This document shows positions 1 to 9,171 of a DNA stretch of 44,869 nt, one piece after another. Under the pieces are notes generated by a model, which worked only from the letters and a program-made list of their open reading frames with translations, made no database searches and had not been told where the DNA came from. The position numbers and the translations under genes were made by a program. Location: the NCBI GenBank assembly GCA_009778535.1, contig WRJP01000001.1, positions 1-44,869 of the forward strand, written 5' to 3'. Source of the DNA: Propionibacteriaceae bacterium (GTDB lineage: Bacteria > Actinomycetota > Actinomycetes > Propionibacteriales > Propionibacteriaceae). Numbering within the stretch: the first letter of the stretch is position 1; every line of letters starts with the position of its first letter.

Positions 1-2
1 CG

Positions 3-1403
3 GTATGCAACACCGGTCATCAAAGAGGTAACCGCCGCCGCAAGAGCCCGACCGGCATCGGTATCATAGCCTCGTCCAACCGCCATCAGCAGCGCACCTA
101 GATTTGCGTAGCCAATTCCCAGTTGCCGATAATCACGAGTCGTCTCAGCAATCGATTCAGTTGGGAAATCCGCAAAACAAATCGAAATATCCATTGCGGT
201 AATGACCAACTCCACGGCTGTGATGAAAGCATCGACGTTGAAAGTACCGTCAGCGGATAAGAATTTGAGCAAATTCAAGCTAGCCAGGTTGCATGACGAA
301 TTGTCTAGGCTCATATACTCCGAACACGGATTAGACGCATTTATCCGACCTGATTCAGGGTTGGTATGCCAAGCGTTGATGGTGTCGTCGTATTGCACGC
401 CAGGGTCAGCGCACTCCCAAGCTGCGGTAGTGATTTTGTCGAAAAGCGATCTGGCATCGACACTCTCAACAACTTCGGCCGTCGTTCGAGAAACAAGATC
501 GAAGGTGCCGCCGACCTCCACCGCGTGCATGAATGCGTCCGATACCCGCACCGAGTTGTTGGCGTTTTGATATTGGACGCTGATGATGTCTTTGCCGCCT
601 AAATCCATATCGAAGCCCGCATCGCGCAGGGCTCGGATTTTATCTTCTTCCCGCGCCTTGGTGCCGATGAACTCCTCGATGTCGGGGTGGTCAATGTCCA
701 GCACTACCATCTTCGCAGCACGCCGAGTAGCACCGCCAGATTTGATCGTCCCTGCCGAGGCGTCAGCACCACGCATGAAAGAGACTGGGCCAGAAGCCGT
801 ACCTCCCGAGGACAGCAATTCACGTGAGGAGCGAATCTTGGACAAATTTAAGCCCGCGCCTGAACCGCCTTTGAAAATGAAACCTTCCTCTTTGTACCAA
901 TTCAGGATGGATTCCATTGAGTCGTCAACTTTTAGAATGAAACAGGCGCTGACCTGCTGCGAACTGTCGGTGCCAACGTTGAACCAGACCGGAGAGTTGA
1001 AGGAGAAATACTGGTGAATCAGTAACCAGCATAGTTCTTGTTCAAAGATTTCCGCGTCCTGACTCGTGGCAAAATAGCCAAACATCTCGCCCGCGCTGCG
1101 ATATTTCTTTACCACGCGATCTATCAGCGTCTTTAAAGATGACTCCCGCGCCGGTGTCCCCAGTGCGCCGCGGAAATATTTCGTAGTTACAATTGTCGAA
1201 GCATTCACACTCCAAAAATCGGGAAACTCGACTCCGCGCTGCTCAAAAATGACCTCTTGGGTCTTCCAGTTTGTTTGCCGGATGTCCCTGATTTGCCAAA
1301 CAACTTCGTCATAGGGATGCACGTCAGGTTTGGTAAAAACCCGCTGTAGTTTCAGACCCTGATTCGCACCGGTAACCGCTGGTTGTTGCATGGTATCAGT
1401 CAT
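3..1403 (-). CDS. nrdJ: Vitamin B12-dependent (class II) ribonucleotide reductase, N-terminal part; runs off the window's left edge
   Basis: Not in the ORF track; hand translation gives MTDTMQQP...[10 protein letters not shown]...SACFIL...[33 protein letters not shown]...NASNPCSEY...[16 protein letters not shown] at 1411-1417; start overlaps the nrdR stop. Confidence 0.95.
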   Translation of the reverse strand, partial: MTDTMQQPAVTGANQGLKLQRVFTKPDVHPYDEVVWQIRDIRQTNWKTQEVIFEQRGVEFPDFWSVNASTIVTTKYFRGALGTPARESSLKTLIDRVVKKYRSAGEMFGYFATSQDAEIFEQELCWLLIHQYFSFNSPVWFNVGTDSSQQVSACFILKVDDSMESILNWYKEEGFIFKGGSGAGLNLSKIRSSRELLSSGGTASGPVSFMRGADASAGTIKSGGATRRAAKMVVLDIDHPDIEEFIGTKAREEDKIRALRDAGFDMDLGGKDIISVQYQNANNSVRVSDAFMHAVEVGGTFDLVSRTTAEVVESVDARSLFDKITTAAWECADPGVQYDDTINAWHTNPESGRINASNPCSEYMSLDNSSCNLASLNLLKFLSADGTFNVDAFITAVELVITAMDISICFADFPTESIAETTRDYRQLGIGYANLGALLMAVGRGYDTDAGRALAAAVTSLMTGVAY

Positions 1404-1893
1404 GGGGATGTCCTCCGTAAATCAATTTTTTTGTTATTGCTGGTGAAACCGTCTCGTTGCGCAGCAGTTGAATCTCGGCCTCAAAATCTTCCACACACTC
1501 GTACTGCTTATATACGCTGGCAAAACGTAAATAAGCCACTGGGTCAAGCTGGCTAAGAGGGCGTAAGACAGCTACTCCAACATCATTTGCTGGAATTTCG
1601 GCCTGCCCGCTGGCACGCAATGTCTCTTCAACTTGTTGACCCAATTTGGCGAGTTGTCCTTCACTTACGGGACGTCCTTTGCATGCCTTGGAGACTCCAG
1701 TTATTACCTTCTCGCGGGAGAATGGCTCGACAGCACCCGAGCGTTTCACCACAACTAGCTGCATTTGCTCCAACGTGGTGAAACGACGTTCACACATTGG
1801 GCACTGTCGGCGTCTGCGAATATTCGTGCCATCTTCTGCTACCCGAGAGTCAAGGACGCGAGTGTCATTATGTTTGCAAAAAGGACAATGCAT
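1396..1893 (-). CDS. nrdR: Transcriptional repressor NrdR
   Basis: MHCPFC...[16 protein letters not shown] zinc ribbon plus ATP cone (VVKRSG...[10 protein letters not shown]); directly upstream of nrdJ. Confidence 0.97.
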   Translation of the reverse strand: MHCPFCKHNDTRVLDSRVAEDGTNIRRRRQCPMCERRFTTLEQMQLVVVKRSGAVEPFSREKVITGVSKACKGRPVSEGQLAKLGQQVEETLRASGQAEIPANDVGVAVLRPLSQLDPVAYLRFASVYKQYECVEDFEAEIQLLRNETVSPAITKKLIYGGHPHD

Positions 1894-1928
1894 GATCTCG
1901 CTTCCTGTGAACTCGCGCTAGTCGTTGA

Positions 1929-1975
1929 CCACTACTGGTTGTAAAAACACATGCGTGCAACTACCAGATTTAGTG
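1929..1975 (-). promoter_or_regulatory. Tandem NrdR boxes
   Basis: Minus strand CACTAAATCTGGTAG (1961-1975) and a weaker TACAACCAGTAGTGG (1929-1943), 32 bp apart, upstream of nrdR-nrdJ; resemble the CaCwAnATmTwGt NrdR consensus and its usual tandem spacing. Confidence 0.7.
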
Positions 1976-2030
1976 CCTTGGAAGAGACTATGCCTACATT
2001 CGTCGTCACGCAAACGACACGCGCGAACTT

Positions 2031-2216
2031 TTAACGAATGACTGAAACTGCTGCGACCTGAGCACTATCTGCATCGATAGGCTCGTTGCTGATCATGAAG
2101 AAGTTAACTACTACCACAACCCCAGCCAACGTAAAAAGAGCGCCAATAAAACCTACAATCAACGCCAGACCCCGCTCAGTTACGGTTAGCACTGCTTGAT
2201 TACTCTGCACAGTCAT
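2031..2216 (-). CDS. Small single-pass membrane protein, candidate SOS-induced division inhibitor
   Basis: GGAGG RBS at 2221-2225 (ATG 2216, alternative 2219); LTVTERG followed by one long hydrophobic helix; divergent from lexA, with LexA boxes upstream. Confidence 0.7.
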   Translation of the reverse strand: MTVQSNQAVLTVTERGLALIVGFIGALFTLAGVVVVVNFFMISNEPIDADSAQVAAVSVIR

Positions 2217-2233
2217 CATGCCTCCACGATTCC

Positions 2234-2249
2234 TAGAACACCTGTTCGA
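2234..2249. promoter_or_regulatory. LexA (SOS) box
   Basis: TAGAAC-ACCT-GTTCGA versus actinobacterial TCGAAC-N4-GTTCGA. Confidence 0.85.
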
Positions 2250-2286
2250 TATCTAGTCTGACATGAAAACGCCGTCAGGTCAATAA

Positions 2287-2302
2287 TCGAACGTATGTTT
2301 GT
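2287..2302. promoter_or_regulatory. LexA (SOS) box
   Basis: TCGAAC-GTAT-GTTTGT. Confidence 0.7.
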
Positions 2303-2443
2303 TACTATTTTTTCTTGATGCAAGTCAACCAGGCGCCACCGACAGTTTTTCAACTGCTTCTTTCAACCTGTTGGCCTGCGGCTGGTTCACGCACCGCCCG
2401 GTAGGTTGCGAGCACTTGACGCGACGAGTGATCTTAGACACGC

Positions 2444-2459
2444 TCGAACATATGTTTGA
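2444..2459. promoter_or_regulatory. LexA (SOS) box, lexA autoregulation
   Basis: TCGAAC-ATAT-GTTTGA, ~30 bp before the lexA start. Confidence 0.85.
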
Positions 2460-2490
2460 TTCTTTGTCGGCCAGGTATTAGTTTGTTCAC

Positions 2491-3228
2491 ATGGCGCAGC
2501 GAAGAAATCTACGGCAGCCGCAAGAACGACCAGGGCGGCCAAACACTGAAACGATTGCGCTGTCCTTGGGAGAAACGGCAGCAGAAGTAGCCAACTACGA
2601 GGATTCCGATGGATTGAGTTTTCGGCAACGTCAAATCCTGCTAGGCATCAAAGCAGCGATGGATGAGCGCGGTTATCCCCCTAGCGTGCGCGAGATCGCA
2701 GCCATGGGAGGACTCGCCTCGTCTTCAAGCGCCGCATATCAACTGAAACTCATGGAAGCCAAGGGGTATATCTCCCGCGACCCGCACCGACCTAGAGCCC
2801 TAGTCGTACGTCTGCCTGCCTCTATGCAAGAACCACACAGTCATGGCGCGACTACAGCCGTGAACGTTCCGATGGTGGGTCAAATTGCTGCCGGTGGCCC
2901 GATATTGGCACAAGAAGTCGTAGAAGACTATTTCGCATTACCCAAGCAGTTAGTGGGTGAAGGCACCCTCTTCATGCTCAAAGTCACCGGCGATTCAATG
3001 ATTGATGCTGCGATCTGTGACGGGGATTTCGTAGTGGTACGCCAACAGCCCACTGCCGAAAACGGCGAGATCGTCGCAGCGCTATTGGGAGACGAAGCCA
3101 CCGTAAAGACTCTGAAGAAGTCTGGCGATCAAGTCTGGCTAATGCCGCACAACCTGAACTACTCCCCAATAGACGGCAACCAGGCGAGGATCATGGGCAA
3201 AGTCGTCTCTGTCTTGCGACGCGTATAA
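2491..3228 (+). CDS. lexA: SOS repressor LexA
   Basis: [16 protein letters not shown] autocleavage site, GDSM catalytic Ser, EATVK catalytic Lys. Confidence 0.98.
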   Translation: MAQRRNLRQPQERPGRPNTETIALSLGETAAEVANYEDSDGLSFRQRQILLGIKAAMDERGYPPSVREIAAMGGLASSSSAAYQLKLMEAKGYISRDPHRPRALVVRLPASMQEPHSHGATTAVNVPMVGQIAAGGPILAQEVVEDYFALPKQLVGEGTLFMLKVTGDSMIDAAICDGDFVVVRQQPTAENGEIVAALLGDEATVKTLKKSGDQVWLMPHNLNYSPIDGNQARIMGKVVSVLRRV

Positions 3229-3251
3229 CTAAATGCTCGACGACTGAGCAG

Positions 3252-3512
3252 TCAGCGATCTTGGTAGTGGCCATGGCACTGGATGATTATGACTGCGTCA
3301 GCGTCGGTTCGATAAACCAGGCGTTGTCTCTCATCAATGCGGCGTGACCAAAACCCGGCAAATTCACCCCTTAGTTGCTCCGGCTTCCCGATTCCACTAC
3401 TTCCACCACGTCCGATATCAACCAATAGCGCAGTAAGACGCTTGAGGAGTCGTCTGTCGTTCGCGATGATGCAGAACTCATCCCAGGCATTCTCAGTAAA
3501 TGTGATCTTCAT
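3252..3512 (-). CDS. Txe/YoeB family mRNase toxin
   Basis: GIGKPEQL...WSRRI...RLVY...GHY motifs; TGATG overlap with the upstream antitoxin. Confidence 0.92.
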   Translation of the reverse strand: MKITFTENAWDEFCIIANDRRLLKRLTALLVDIGRGGSSGIGKPEQLRGEFAGFWSRRIDERQRLVYRTDADAVIIIQCHGHYQDR

Positions 3513-3775
3513 CAAAATGACTGCAACTCGTCAAGGGTTTTCGTAACAATACGACCATCTTCTAACTGCTTGATCGACTCGCGTAGAGCAGCTTGGTTCG
3601 AGTGACTGTAGAAAGAATCTTGCATCAGTTCAATCGGCATCTGCCCTCGTAATACGACTTGCCGTAAGAACATCCTCACTGCGGTAGATATGTCGAGCCC
3701 TATGTCTGACAGAACCGCAGTTGCATTTTGTTTTGTTTGTTCGTCAACCCGAACAGTAACAGTAGACATCGACAT
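3512..3775 (-). CDS. RelB/DinJ family antitoxin
   Basis: VTVRVDEQTKQNATAVLSDIGLDISTAVRMFLRQVV...P ribbon-helix-helix; AGGAG RBS at 3781-3785 supports ATG 3775 over the ORF-track start at 3997. Confidence 0.9.
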   Translation of the reverse strand: MSMSTVTVRVDEQTKQNATAVLSDIGLDISTAVRMFLRQVVLRGQMPIELMQDSFYSHSNQAALRESIKQLEDGRIVTKTLDELQSF

Positions 3776-3781
3776 ACTATC

Positions 3782-3816
3782 TCCTAGCATCATAGGAATA
3801 TACCTGACAATTGTAA
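3782..3816. promoter_or_regulatory. Candidate TA operator palindromes
   Basis: TCCTA-GCATCA-TAGGA (3782-3797) and ACAATTGT (3807-3814) overlapping the AT-rich region just upstream of the antitoxin. Confidence 0.45.
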
Positions 3817-3908
3817 CACGAGAGCAGAAAAGAGTTTTAGGAGGAACAACGTGGTTTTGCGTAGTTGGCGAAGTGCTGAAAGTTTTCATGATGGATAGGA
3901 TTTCGGGT

Positions 3909-4499
3909 GTGTTTACCGAGCCTATCCAGATACGGGAGCCTACTACGGCTGATGCGCTGCAAATCCGGCGCGTGCAGGCTCGTTCTTGGTGCGTCACCTA
4001 CCCAAACCAGCAGTACGGCATCACCGCTGAATGGGTTAAAGCACACACTGATTCGTGGTTCACCCCTGATGCTCTTGCCCATGCGGTCGAGTTCGTTGGC
4101 AAGGTGCTGGCCGCACCCAACCGCTTCTACCGAGTAGCCGAAGTGGATGCTGCGATAGTGGGCTTCGTTCACGCCATAAGGCACAGCGCCGGATTCTCAG
4201 AAATATCGGCAATCTATGTTGACCCGCCTGTGATCGGCACTGGCGTTGGGGCAGCGCTGATGGATGTCGCTATGGATTGGATTGGGAAAGATGCCGCCAG
4301 ACTTGATGTCGCCCCCTACAACGAGCGTGCTATCAGATTCTATCGGCGTTACGGTTTTCGTGAAGTAGCCCACTCGCAACGACTTTTCTATGTCACCACA
4401 CTCGTTGATCTGTCTGCTTCCACCAACGCTCCAACTGATTTACGACTCAACCAGAACGCGATTCCCACCATCGACATGTTGCGCGAGGCATTGAGCTGA
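3909..4499 (+). CDS. GNAT family N-acetyltransferase
   Basis: IYVDP..IGTGVGAALM acetyl-CoA motif and NERAIRFYRRYGF; start uncertain (ATG 3888/3891 or GTG 3909). Confidence 0.85.
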   Translation: MFTEPIQIREPTTADALQIRRVQARSWCVTYPNQQYGITAEWVKAHTDSWFTPDALAHAVEFVGKVLAAPNRFYRVAEVDAAIVGFVHAIRHSAGFSEISAIYVDPPVIGTGVGAALMDVAMDWIGKDAARLDVAPYNERAIRFYRRYGFREVAHSQRLFYVTTLVDLSASTNAPTDLRLNQNAIPTIDMLREALS

Positions 4500-4525
4500 C
4501 AGATCACTGACCTACAGTCGCGGCC

Positions 4526-4559
4526 GTTCCAAGTACGGAGCTGAAGGCTCCACTCAACC
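4526..4559 (-). repeat. Dispersed hairpin repeat family A, copy 1
   Basis: + strand GTTCCAAGTAC-GGAGC-TGAAG-GCTCC-ACTCAACC, between convergent GNAT and dinG. Confidence 0.65.
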
Positions 4560-4576
4560 GACGAGACCCCCCTGCG

Positions 4577-6535
4577 TCAATCAGCGGCGACAGTGGCGGA
4601 ACCGGTGATGCGCCTGATGGCGGCAATCGCGGTTTCGAGATCGGTGGTAGTCCAGAAGTCGGGCATGGACTGGCGCAGGAAACTTCCATAGCGGGCGGTA
4701 ACCAAGCGCGGGTCAAGCACTGCCACTACCCCACGATCATCAAGAGTTCTAATCAAGCGCCCCGACCCTTGAGCTAGTAGCAAACCCGCATGGGTAGCGG
4801 CTACTTGCATAAAACCGTTGCCTCCAGCCTTACTGACCGAAAGCTGTCTTGCCTGCTGGAGTGGATCATCTGGCGGCGGGAACGGAATCTTGTCGATAAT
4901 CACAAGCTGGCAGGTTTGACCCGGCACGTCGATTCCTTGCCAAAGCGAGAGCGTACCGAAAAGGCACACGTCAACGTAGGCAATGAACTGCCGCGTCAAC
5001 TCCGAAAGCTGCGCATCCCCCTGGCATAGAATCTTGCTGCCTGGCACTTCGCTGCGGCAAAACCTGGCAGCTGCCTCAGCCGAACGCTGGGAAGCGAACA
5101 GCCCCAAGGTGCGTCCCCCTGCCGCCCAAACCAACTCCGCTATTCGTTCCAGTGTAGGGGTCTGAATTCCGGCCTTTGTGGGCGCGGGCAGGTCTTTAGC
5201 TATGTAGCAGATGCCTTGGGTTTGGTAGTCGAATGGGGAACCCACGTCAATGCTGCGGTAGTCCACCATCCCAAGTGAAGCCGCTAGTGAAGCAAAATCG
5301 CCGCCTATCTTTAACGTAGCCGAAGTCAGCACTGAGTTTGTTTCATCAAAGATAGACCCTCGCATCAGTCCAGCAACATCTAATGGTGCGATGCACGCCT
5401 GGCGGCCAAACTTTTCGCGGTCTGACACCCAGACCACATCTGAATCAGCGAGCTTGGCCAAGTTGGCAGCGATGTCTAGCACCTCGCCGACTGCTGCGCC
5501 AGCTTGAAAACGTTCAACATCCTCGGTAGCTGTTCCGATACCCCGAACCGCCGCCCGTGCCGCATCTCGCACCAGAGCAAAACTCGCCGCCACCGCAGAA
5601 TCTGGGTCAGTTACTCTCCCTGGTTCAGCTTCGTCCAAAGCAGCTTCCAGCGTGTCTGCACATTCCAGAAACGCGCTTCCGGTTTCCTCACTCAAATACG
5701 GCAAGGCTCGCCTAGCGACCCTTCCCACCAACTGCGGGCTTAGTTCTGCTGACGCCGCCGAAGTCACCCGAGCCACCAGCTCGTGAGCTTCGTCAACTAT
5801 CAGGGCATCATGGGTTGGCAACGCCATGCCTTGATGCAACGCGTTGATTGCTAGCAACGCATGATTAGTGACGATCAGTTGACTCCGCTTGGCGATGTCA
5901 CGAGATTTCTCAACTAGACATTCACTAAAAGCTGGGCATTTCTGCCCCAAACACTCACGCGCAGAAACTGAGACGTGACCCCACGCTTGCCCAGGATGCG
6001 CCGGGGCGTCATCACGATCCGCCAAATCTCCAGCAGAAAGTTGCTCCTGCACCCATTCGCGCAGCATAACTACGGCAGCGCCCAGTTCAGAGGAGTTCGG
6101 TTTATTTGAAACTACCGACTCGATGCCGAATAGGGCAGCTTGGTTTTCATCGATTTCCATACGGGCTCGGTGCAGACACGCATAGTTCGACCGACCTTTC
6201 AACACAGCGAAACTGATCGTTTTACCCAAAAGCTCTTTGCAGGCAGCCACGACTGTCGGAATGTCTTTTACAGTGAGTTGCCGCTGCAAAGCTAAAGTTG
6301 CGGTTGCAATCACGATACGAGCGTCGGGGTCGGCTGCTAGATACGCCAGCGCAGGAGCTAAATAACCCAGCGATTTCCCAGTTCCGGTGCCAGCTTGCAC
6401 CATGAGATGTCCGCGACCCAACAAGGTCGCCAGCACCTCGGCTGCCATCTGTTGCTGTCCGACGCGGGTGTCACCACCTATTTCGGTGATGCAGCGTTGC
6501 AGCAGTTCTCCAGTGGTAGCGGTCAACTCAGCCAT
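4577..6535 (-). CDS. dinG: ATP-dependent DNA helicase, DinG family
   Basis: QAGTGTGKS Walker A, LKGRSNYAC and later Cys Fe-S ligands, VDEAH, LTSATL, WQGIDVPG, QGSGRLIR. Confidence 0.93.
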   Translation of the reverse strand: MAELTATTGELLQRCITEIGGDTRVGQQQMAAEVLATLLGRGHLMVQAGTGTGKSLGYLAPALAYLAADPDARIVIATATLALQRQLTVKDIPTVVAACKELLGKTISFAVLKGRSNYACLHRARMEIDENQAALFGIESVVSNKPNSSELGAAVVMLREWVQEQLSAGDLADRDDAPAHPGQAWGHVSVSARECLGQKCPAFSECLVEKSRDIAKRSQLIVTNHALLAINALHQGMALPTHDALIVDEAHELVARVTSAASAELSPQLVGRVARRALPYLSEETGSAFLECADTLEAALDEAEPGRVTDPDSAVAASFALVRDAARAAVRGIGTATEDVERFQAGAAVGEVLDIAANLAKLADSDVVWVSDREKFGRQACIAPLDVAGLMRGSIFDETNSVLTSATLKIGGDFASLAASLGMVDYRSIDVGSPFDYQTQGICYIAKDLPAPTKAGIQTPTLERIAELVWAAGGRTLGLFASQRSAEAAARFCRSEVPGSKILCQGDAQLSELTRQFIAYVDVCLFGTLSLWQGIDVPGQTCQLVIIDKIPFPPPDDPLQQARQLSVSKAGGNGFMQVAATHAGLLLAQGSGRLIRTLDDRGVVAVLDPRLVTARYGSFLRQSMPDFWTTTDLETAIAAIRRITGSATVAAD

Positions 6536-6546
6536 TAGTTAAGAAA

Positions 6547-7977
6547 TCAGTTCTGCGCAACGGCTGCACATTGGTATGGGGCGAGCATTGCTGCCACCGC
6601 AGCATCAACTCGGGCTGCTACCAGCGTTCCAGCCTCGGTGTGCTCACTGGATACCAACTCACCGTTGCGGTGGATTTGGTCGATGAGATCACCACGGGAG
6701 TATGGAATCAACGCGGCCACTTCGATACCAGCTATCGCAAGTCTTTCGGAAATAGCCTGCTCTAGCGCGTCTATCCCCTCGCCGGTACGCGCAGAGACGA
6801 AAACAGCGTCCGGGAATCGCCCACGCAACGCCAGCAATTGATCGGCTGGAGCTGCATCAGTTTTGTTTACCACCAGCAACTCGGCGACATTTGCCGCGCC
6901 GATTTCATTCAGCACCGTCCGCACCGCGCCGACCTGCCCGAAGGGGTCGGTGTCAGAACCGTCAACGACGTGCAGCAGTAGATCAGCGTCTACCGACTCC
7001 TCTAATGTTGAACGAAAGGCTTCCACCAAATTGTGCGGAAGCGCCCTGATGAAACCCACCGTGTCGGTGAGCGTAAACACCCTGCCATCGGCTGTCGCGG
7101 CGCGTCTTGTCGTAGGGTCGAGCGTGACGAACAGCGCGTTATCAACCATCACACCCGCGCTGGTCAGCCGGTTCAGCAGAGACGACTTTCCAGCATTTGT
7201 GTAGCCTACGAGAGCCGCAGACGGAATTCGATTCTTGCGACGCAACACCCGCTGGGTTGCTCTGGTCTGGTCAAGGTCTCGTAGTTTGCGGCGCAAAACC
7301 GCAATCCGGCTATTTATCCGGCGCCTGTCGATTTCGATTTTGGTCTCACCCGGGCCGCGCCCCCCGATCCCAACGCCGCCAGCAGCACGTCCACCTACCT
7401 GGCGCGAAAGGTTCCCGCCCCAGCCACGCAGTCGATGTCGTAGATACTGCAACTGTGCCATCTCTACTTGAGCTTTACCTTCAGCAGAATGCGCATGCTG
7501 CGCGAAGATGTCTAAGATCAGCGAAGTTCGGTCAATGACTTTCACGCCAATCTGATCTTCCAGATTACGTAGCTGAGCAGGTTCTAGTTCTCCATCACAA
7601 ATGACCGTGTCGGCACCACACTCGCGTACCAGAGTGCGTAATTCCTGCACCTTTCCGCTGCCAACGTAGGTTGCGGAGTCAGGCGACGACCGGCGTTGCA
7701 CTAGTGCATCCAAAACCAGTGAGCCTGCGGTTTCGGCAAGCATCTTTAGCTCCCACATGGCATTGTCTGCATCTTGTTGGCTTCCAACACTCCAGACGCT
7801 CACTAGCACTACACGTTCAAGCTGTAGGTCGCGGTATTCAACTTCGGTGATGTCTGCAACTTGGGTGGACATACCGGCAACGCGGCGCAGACTCAATCGT
7901 TCTTCAAGTTCAAGCTGATCGCCGTCGTAGTCGTCTAGGGCTTGCGGTAGTTGGGTTTGAGAGGTTTTATTACTCAT
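6547..7977 (-). CDS. hflX: Ribosome-splitting GTPase HflX
   Basis: [42 protein letters not shown]; ATG 7977 overlaps the dapF end. Confidence 0.96.
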   Translation of the reverse strand: MSNKTSQTQLPQALDDYDGDQLELEERLSLRRVAGMSTQVADITEVEYRDLQLERVVLVSVWSVGSQQDADNAMWELKMLAETAGSLVLDALVQRRSSPDSATYVGSGKVQELRTLVRECGADTVICDGELEPAQLRNLEDQIGVKVIDRTSLILDIFAQHAHSAEGKAQVEMAQLQYLRHRLRGWGGNLSRQVGGRAAGGVGIGGRGPGETKIEIDRRRINSRIAVLRRKLRDLDQTRATQRVLRRKNRIPSAALVGYTNAGKSSLLNRLTSAGVMVDNALFVTLDPTTRRAATADGRVFTLTDTVGFIRALPHNLVEAFRSTLEESVDADLLLHVVDGSDTDPFGQVGAVRTVLNEIGAANVAELLVVNKTDAAPADQLLALRGRFPDAVFVSARTGEGIDALEQAISERLAIAGIEVAALIPYSRGDLIDQIHRNGELVSSEHTEAGTLVAARVDAAVAAMLAPYQCAAVAQN

Positions 7978-8797
7978 CAGCAGGCAATCTCCAGCTTCCG
8001 TGCGCCACGATTTCTGCTGACCCAAGCAGGGTGATCTCCTGTCCAAACTTGACGGTCAACTCTCCGCCCGGGACTTCGACAATCACTTCTGGCTGCGAAG
8101 GCCAAACTAGCGTCTGTGCCGCGCAAGCGCTGGCGACGACACCAGAACCACAGGACATTGTTTCGCCTGCCCCACGTTCGTAAACGCGCATTCGCAGACG
8201 GGCAGGACCCACTACCTCTACGAATTCGTGGTTTACGCCATGCGGGAACTGCTCTTTCGATTCCAATATTGGTTCGGTGCTCAAATCCAATGAATCCAAT
8301 ACCACGTCATCGGGCAGGAAGCTGACCAAATGTGGATTCCCAACGTCAACTCCGTGGCTCAATAGCCGGTGCCCACTGCAAATTTGGTACGAAACCTCGC
8401 CGATAACGGCATCGCCCATACTCACCTCGATTAGGCCATCGTCACGCAAGACTCCGGTACTAAGTCCTGCCCTAGTGCCAACCTTGACTTCCGATCCAGC
8501 AGCCAAACCTTCCTCAACAAGGTGAAGCACAAAAAGCCGCAACCCGTTTCCACAAGTTTCTGCCAGCGACCCATCAGAGTTTCGGATGTCCATGAACCAC
8601 ACATCCTGATCGCCGCCCCAATCGGAAATATGCCTGGCTTTCACTGCCCGCAAAACCCCATCTGCCCCAATACCGGCACGACGATGACATATTTTCGACA
8701 CTTCAGCGTCGCTGAGGTGAAGCTGGTCATCGGGGTCAATGCACAGCACGAAATCGTTCAACGTCGCATGTCCTTTAGCGAATTTGATTTCGCGCAT
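7970..8797 (-). CDS. dapF: Diaminopimelate epimerase
   Basis: KGH...[31 protein letters not shown]; both catalytic Cys present. Confidence 0.95.
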   Translation of the reverse strand: MREIKFAKGHATLNDFVLCIDPDDQLHLSDAEVSKICHRRAGIGADGVLRAVKARHISDWGGDQDVWFMDIRNSDGSLAETCGNGLRLFVLHLVEEGLAAGSEVKVGTRAGLSTGVLRDDGLIEVSMGDAVIGEVSYQICSGHRLLSHGVDVGNPHLVSFLPDDVVLDSLDLSTEPILESKEQFPHGVNHEFVEVVGPARLRMRVYERGAGETMSCGSGVVASACAAQTLVWPSQPEVIVEVPGGELTVKFGQEITLLGSAEIVAHGSWRLPADE

Positions 8798-8915
8798 AGT
8801 TTCCCTCTCAGTGGAATCATTTACCATCCCAGCCTACAGGCTCAGTGGTAAGTAACGACTTACGACATGTCCGCACCCGATGTCATTCGTTGCGCCTAGC
8901 TACCGTTTGCAGCAA

Positions 8916-9144
8916 CCTGCTAATTCTTGTCGTTTGAGTGGAGCCTAGGTTCCGTACCGAAATTACAAGAGTAAGCAGGAGCCGTCACCCTTGGGATTTC
9001 GATACTGCCTGCGGCCTACTCAATCTGCTAGCGCAGTTTCGATACACAAACCTACGGTTTGCACTCAACCAGCAGGAGTGGCGGTAATCAGCTCATTCAT
9101 GTCGATTGAGTGTCGGTCGCAGGCCGACGTATCGAAATCACAAG
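8916..9144. repeat. Cluster of four family A hairpin repeats (BIME-like, mixed orientation)
   Basis: Copies at 8932-8963, 8996-9025, 9036-9070, 9104-9138, each TTTCGRTAC-[hairpin]-ACTCAA on one strand or the other. Confidence 0.85.
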
Positions 9145-9171
9145 TGAGGGCAGAGGTCTCAGCTCTGGGTT

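Noticed and set aside
202-1017. Plus-strand ORFs 202-570, 366-602, 583-1017
   Set aside because: Antisense shadows of nrdJ, which the ORF track misses because it has no stop inside the window.
3690-3997. Long N-terminal extensions of the antitoxin and GNAT overlapping head-to-head
   Set aside because: RBS and domain boundaries support starts at 3775 and about 3888-3909, leaving a normal divergent spacer.
8932-9070. TTGAGT/ACTCAA half-sites as HspR HAIR operators
   Set aside because: HAIR needs CTTGAGT-N7-ACTCAAG; these halves are never in that arrangement and no chaperone genes are nearby.
8916-9144. Repeat cluster as a mini CRISPR array
   Set aside because: Mixed orientation, irregular spacing, the variable part is an internal hairpin rather than a spacer, and no cas genes.
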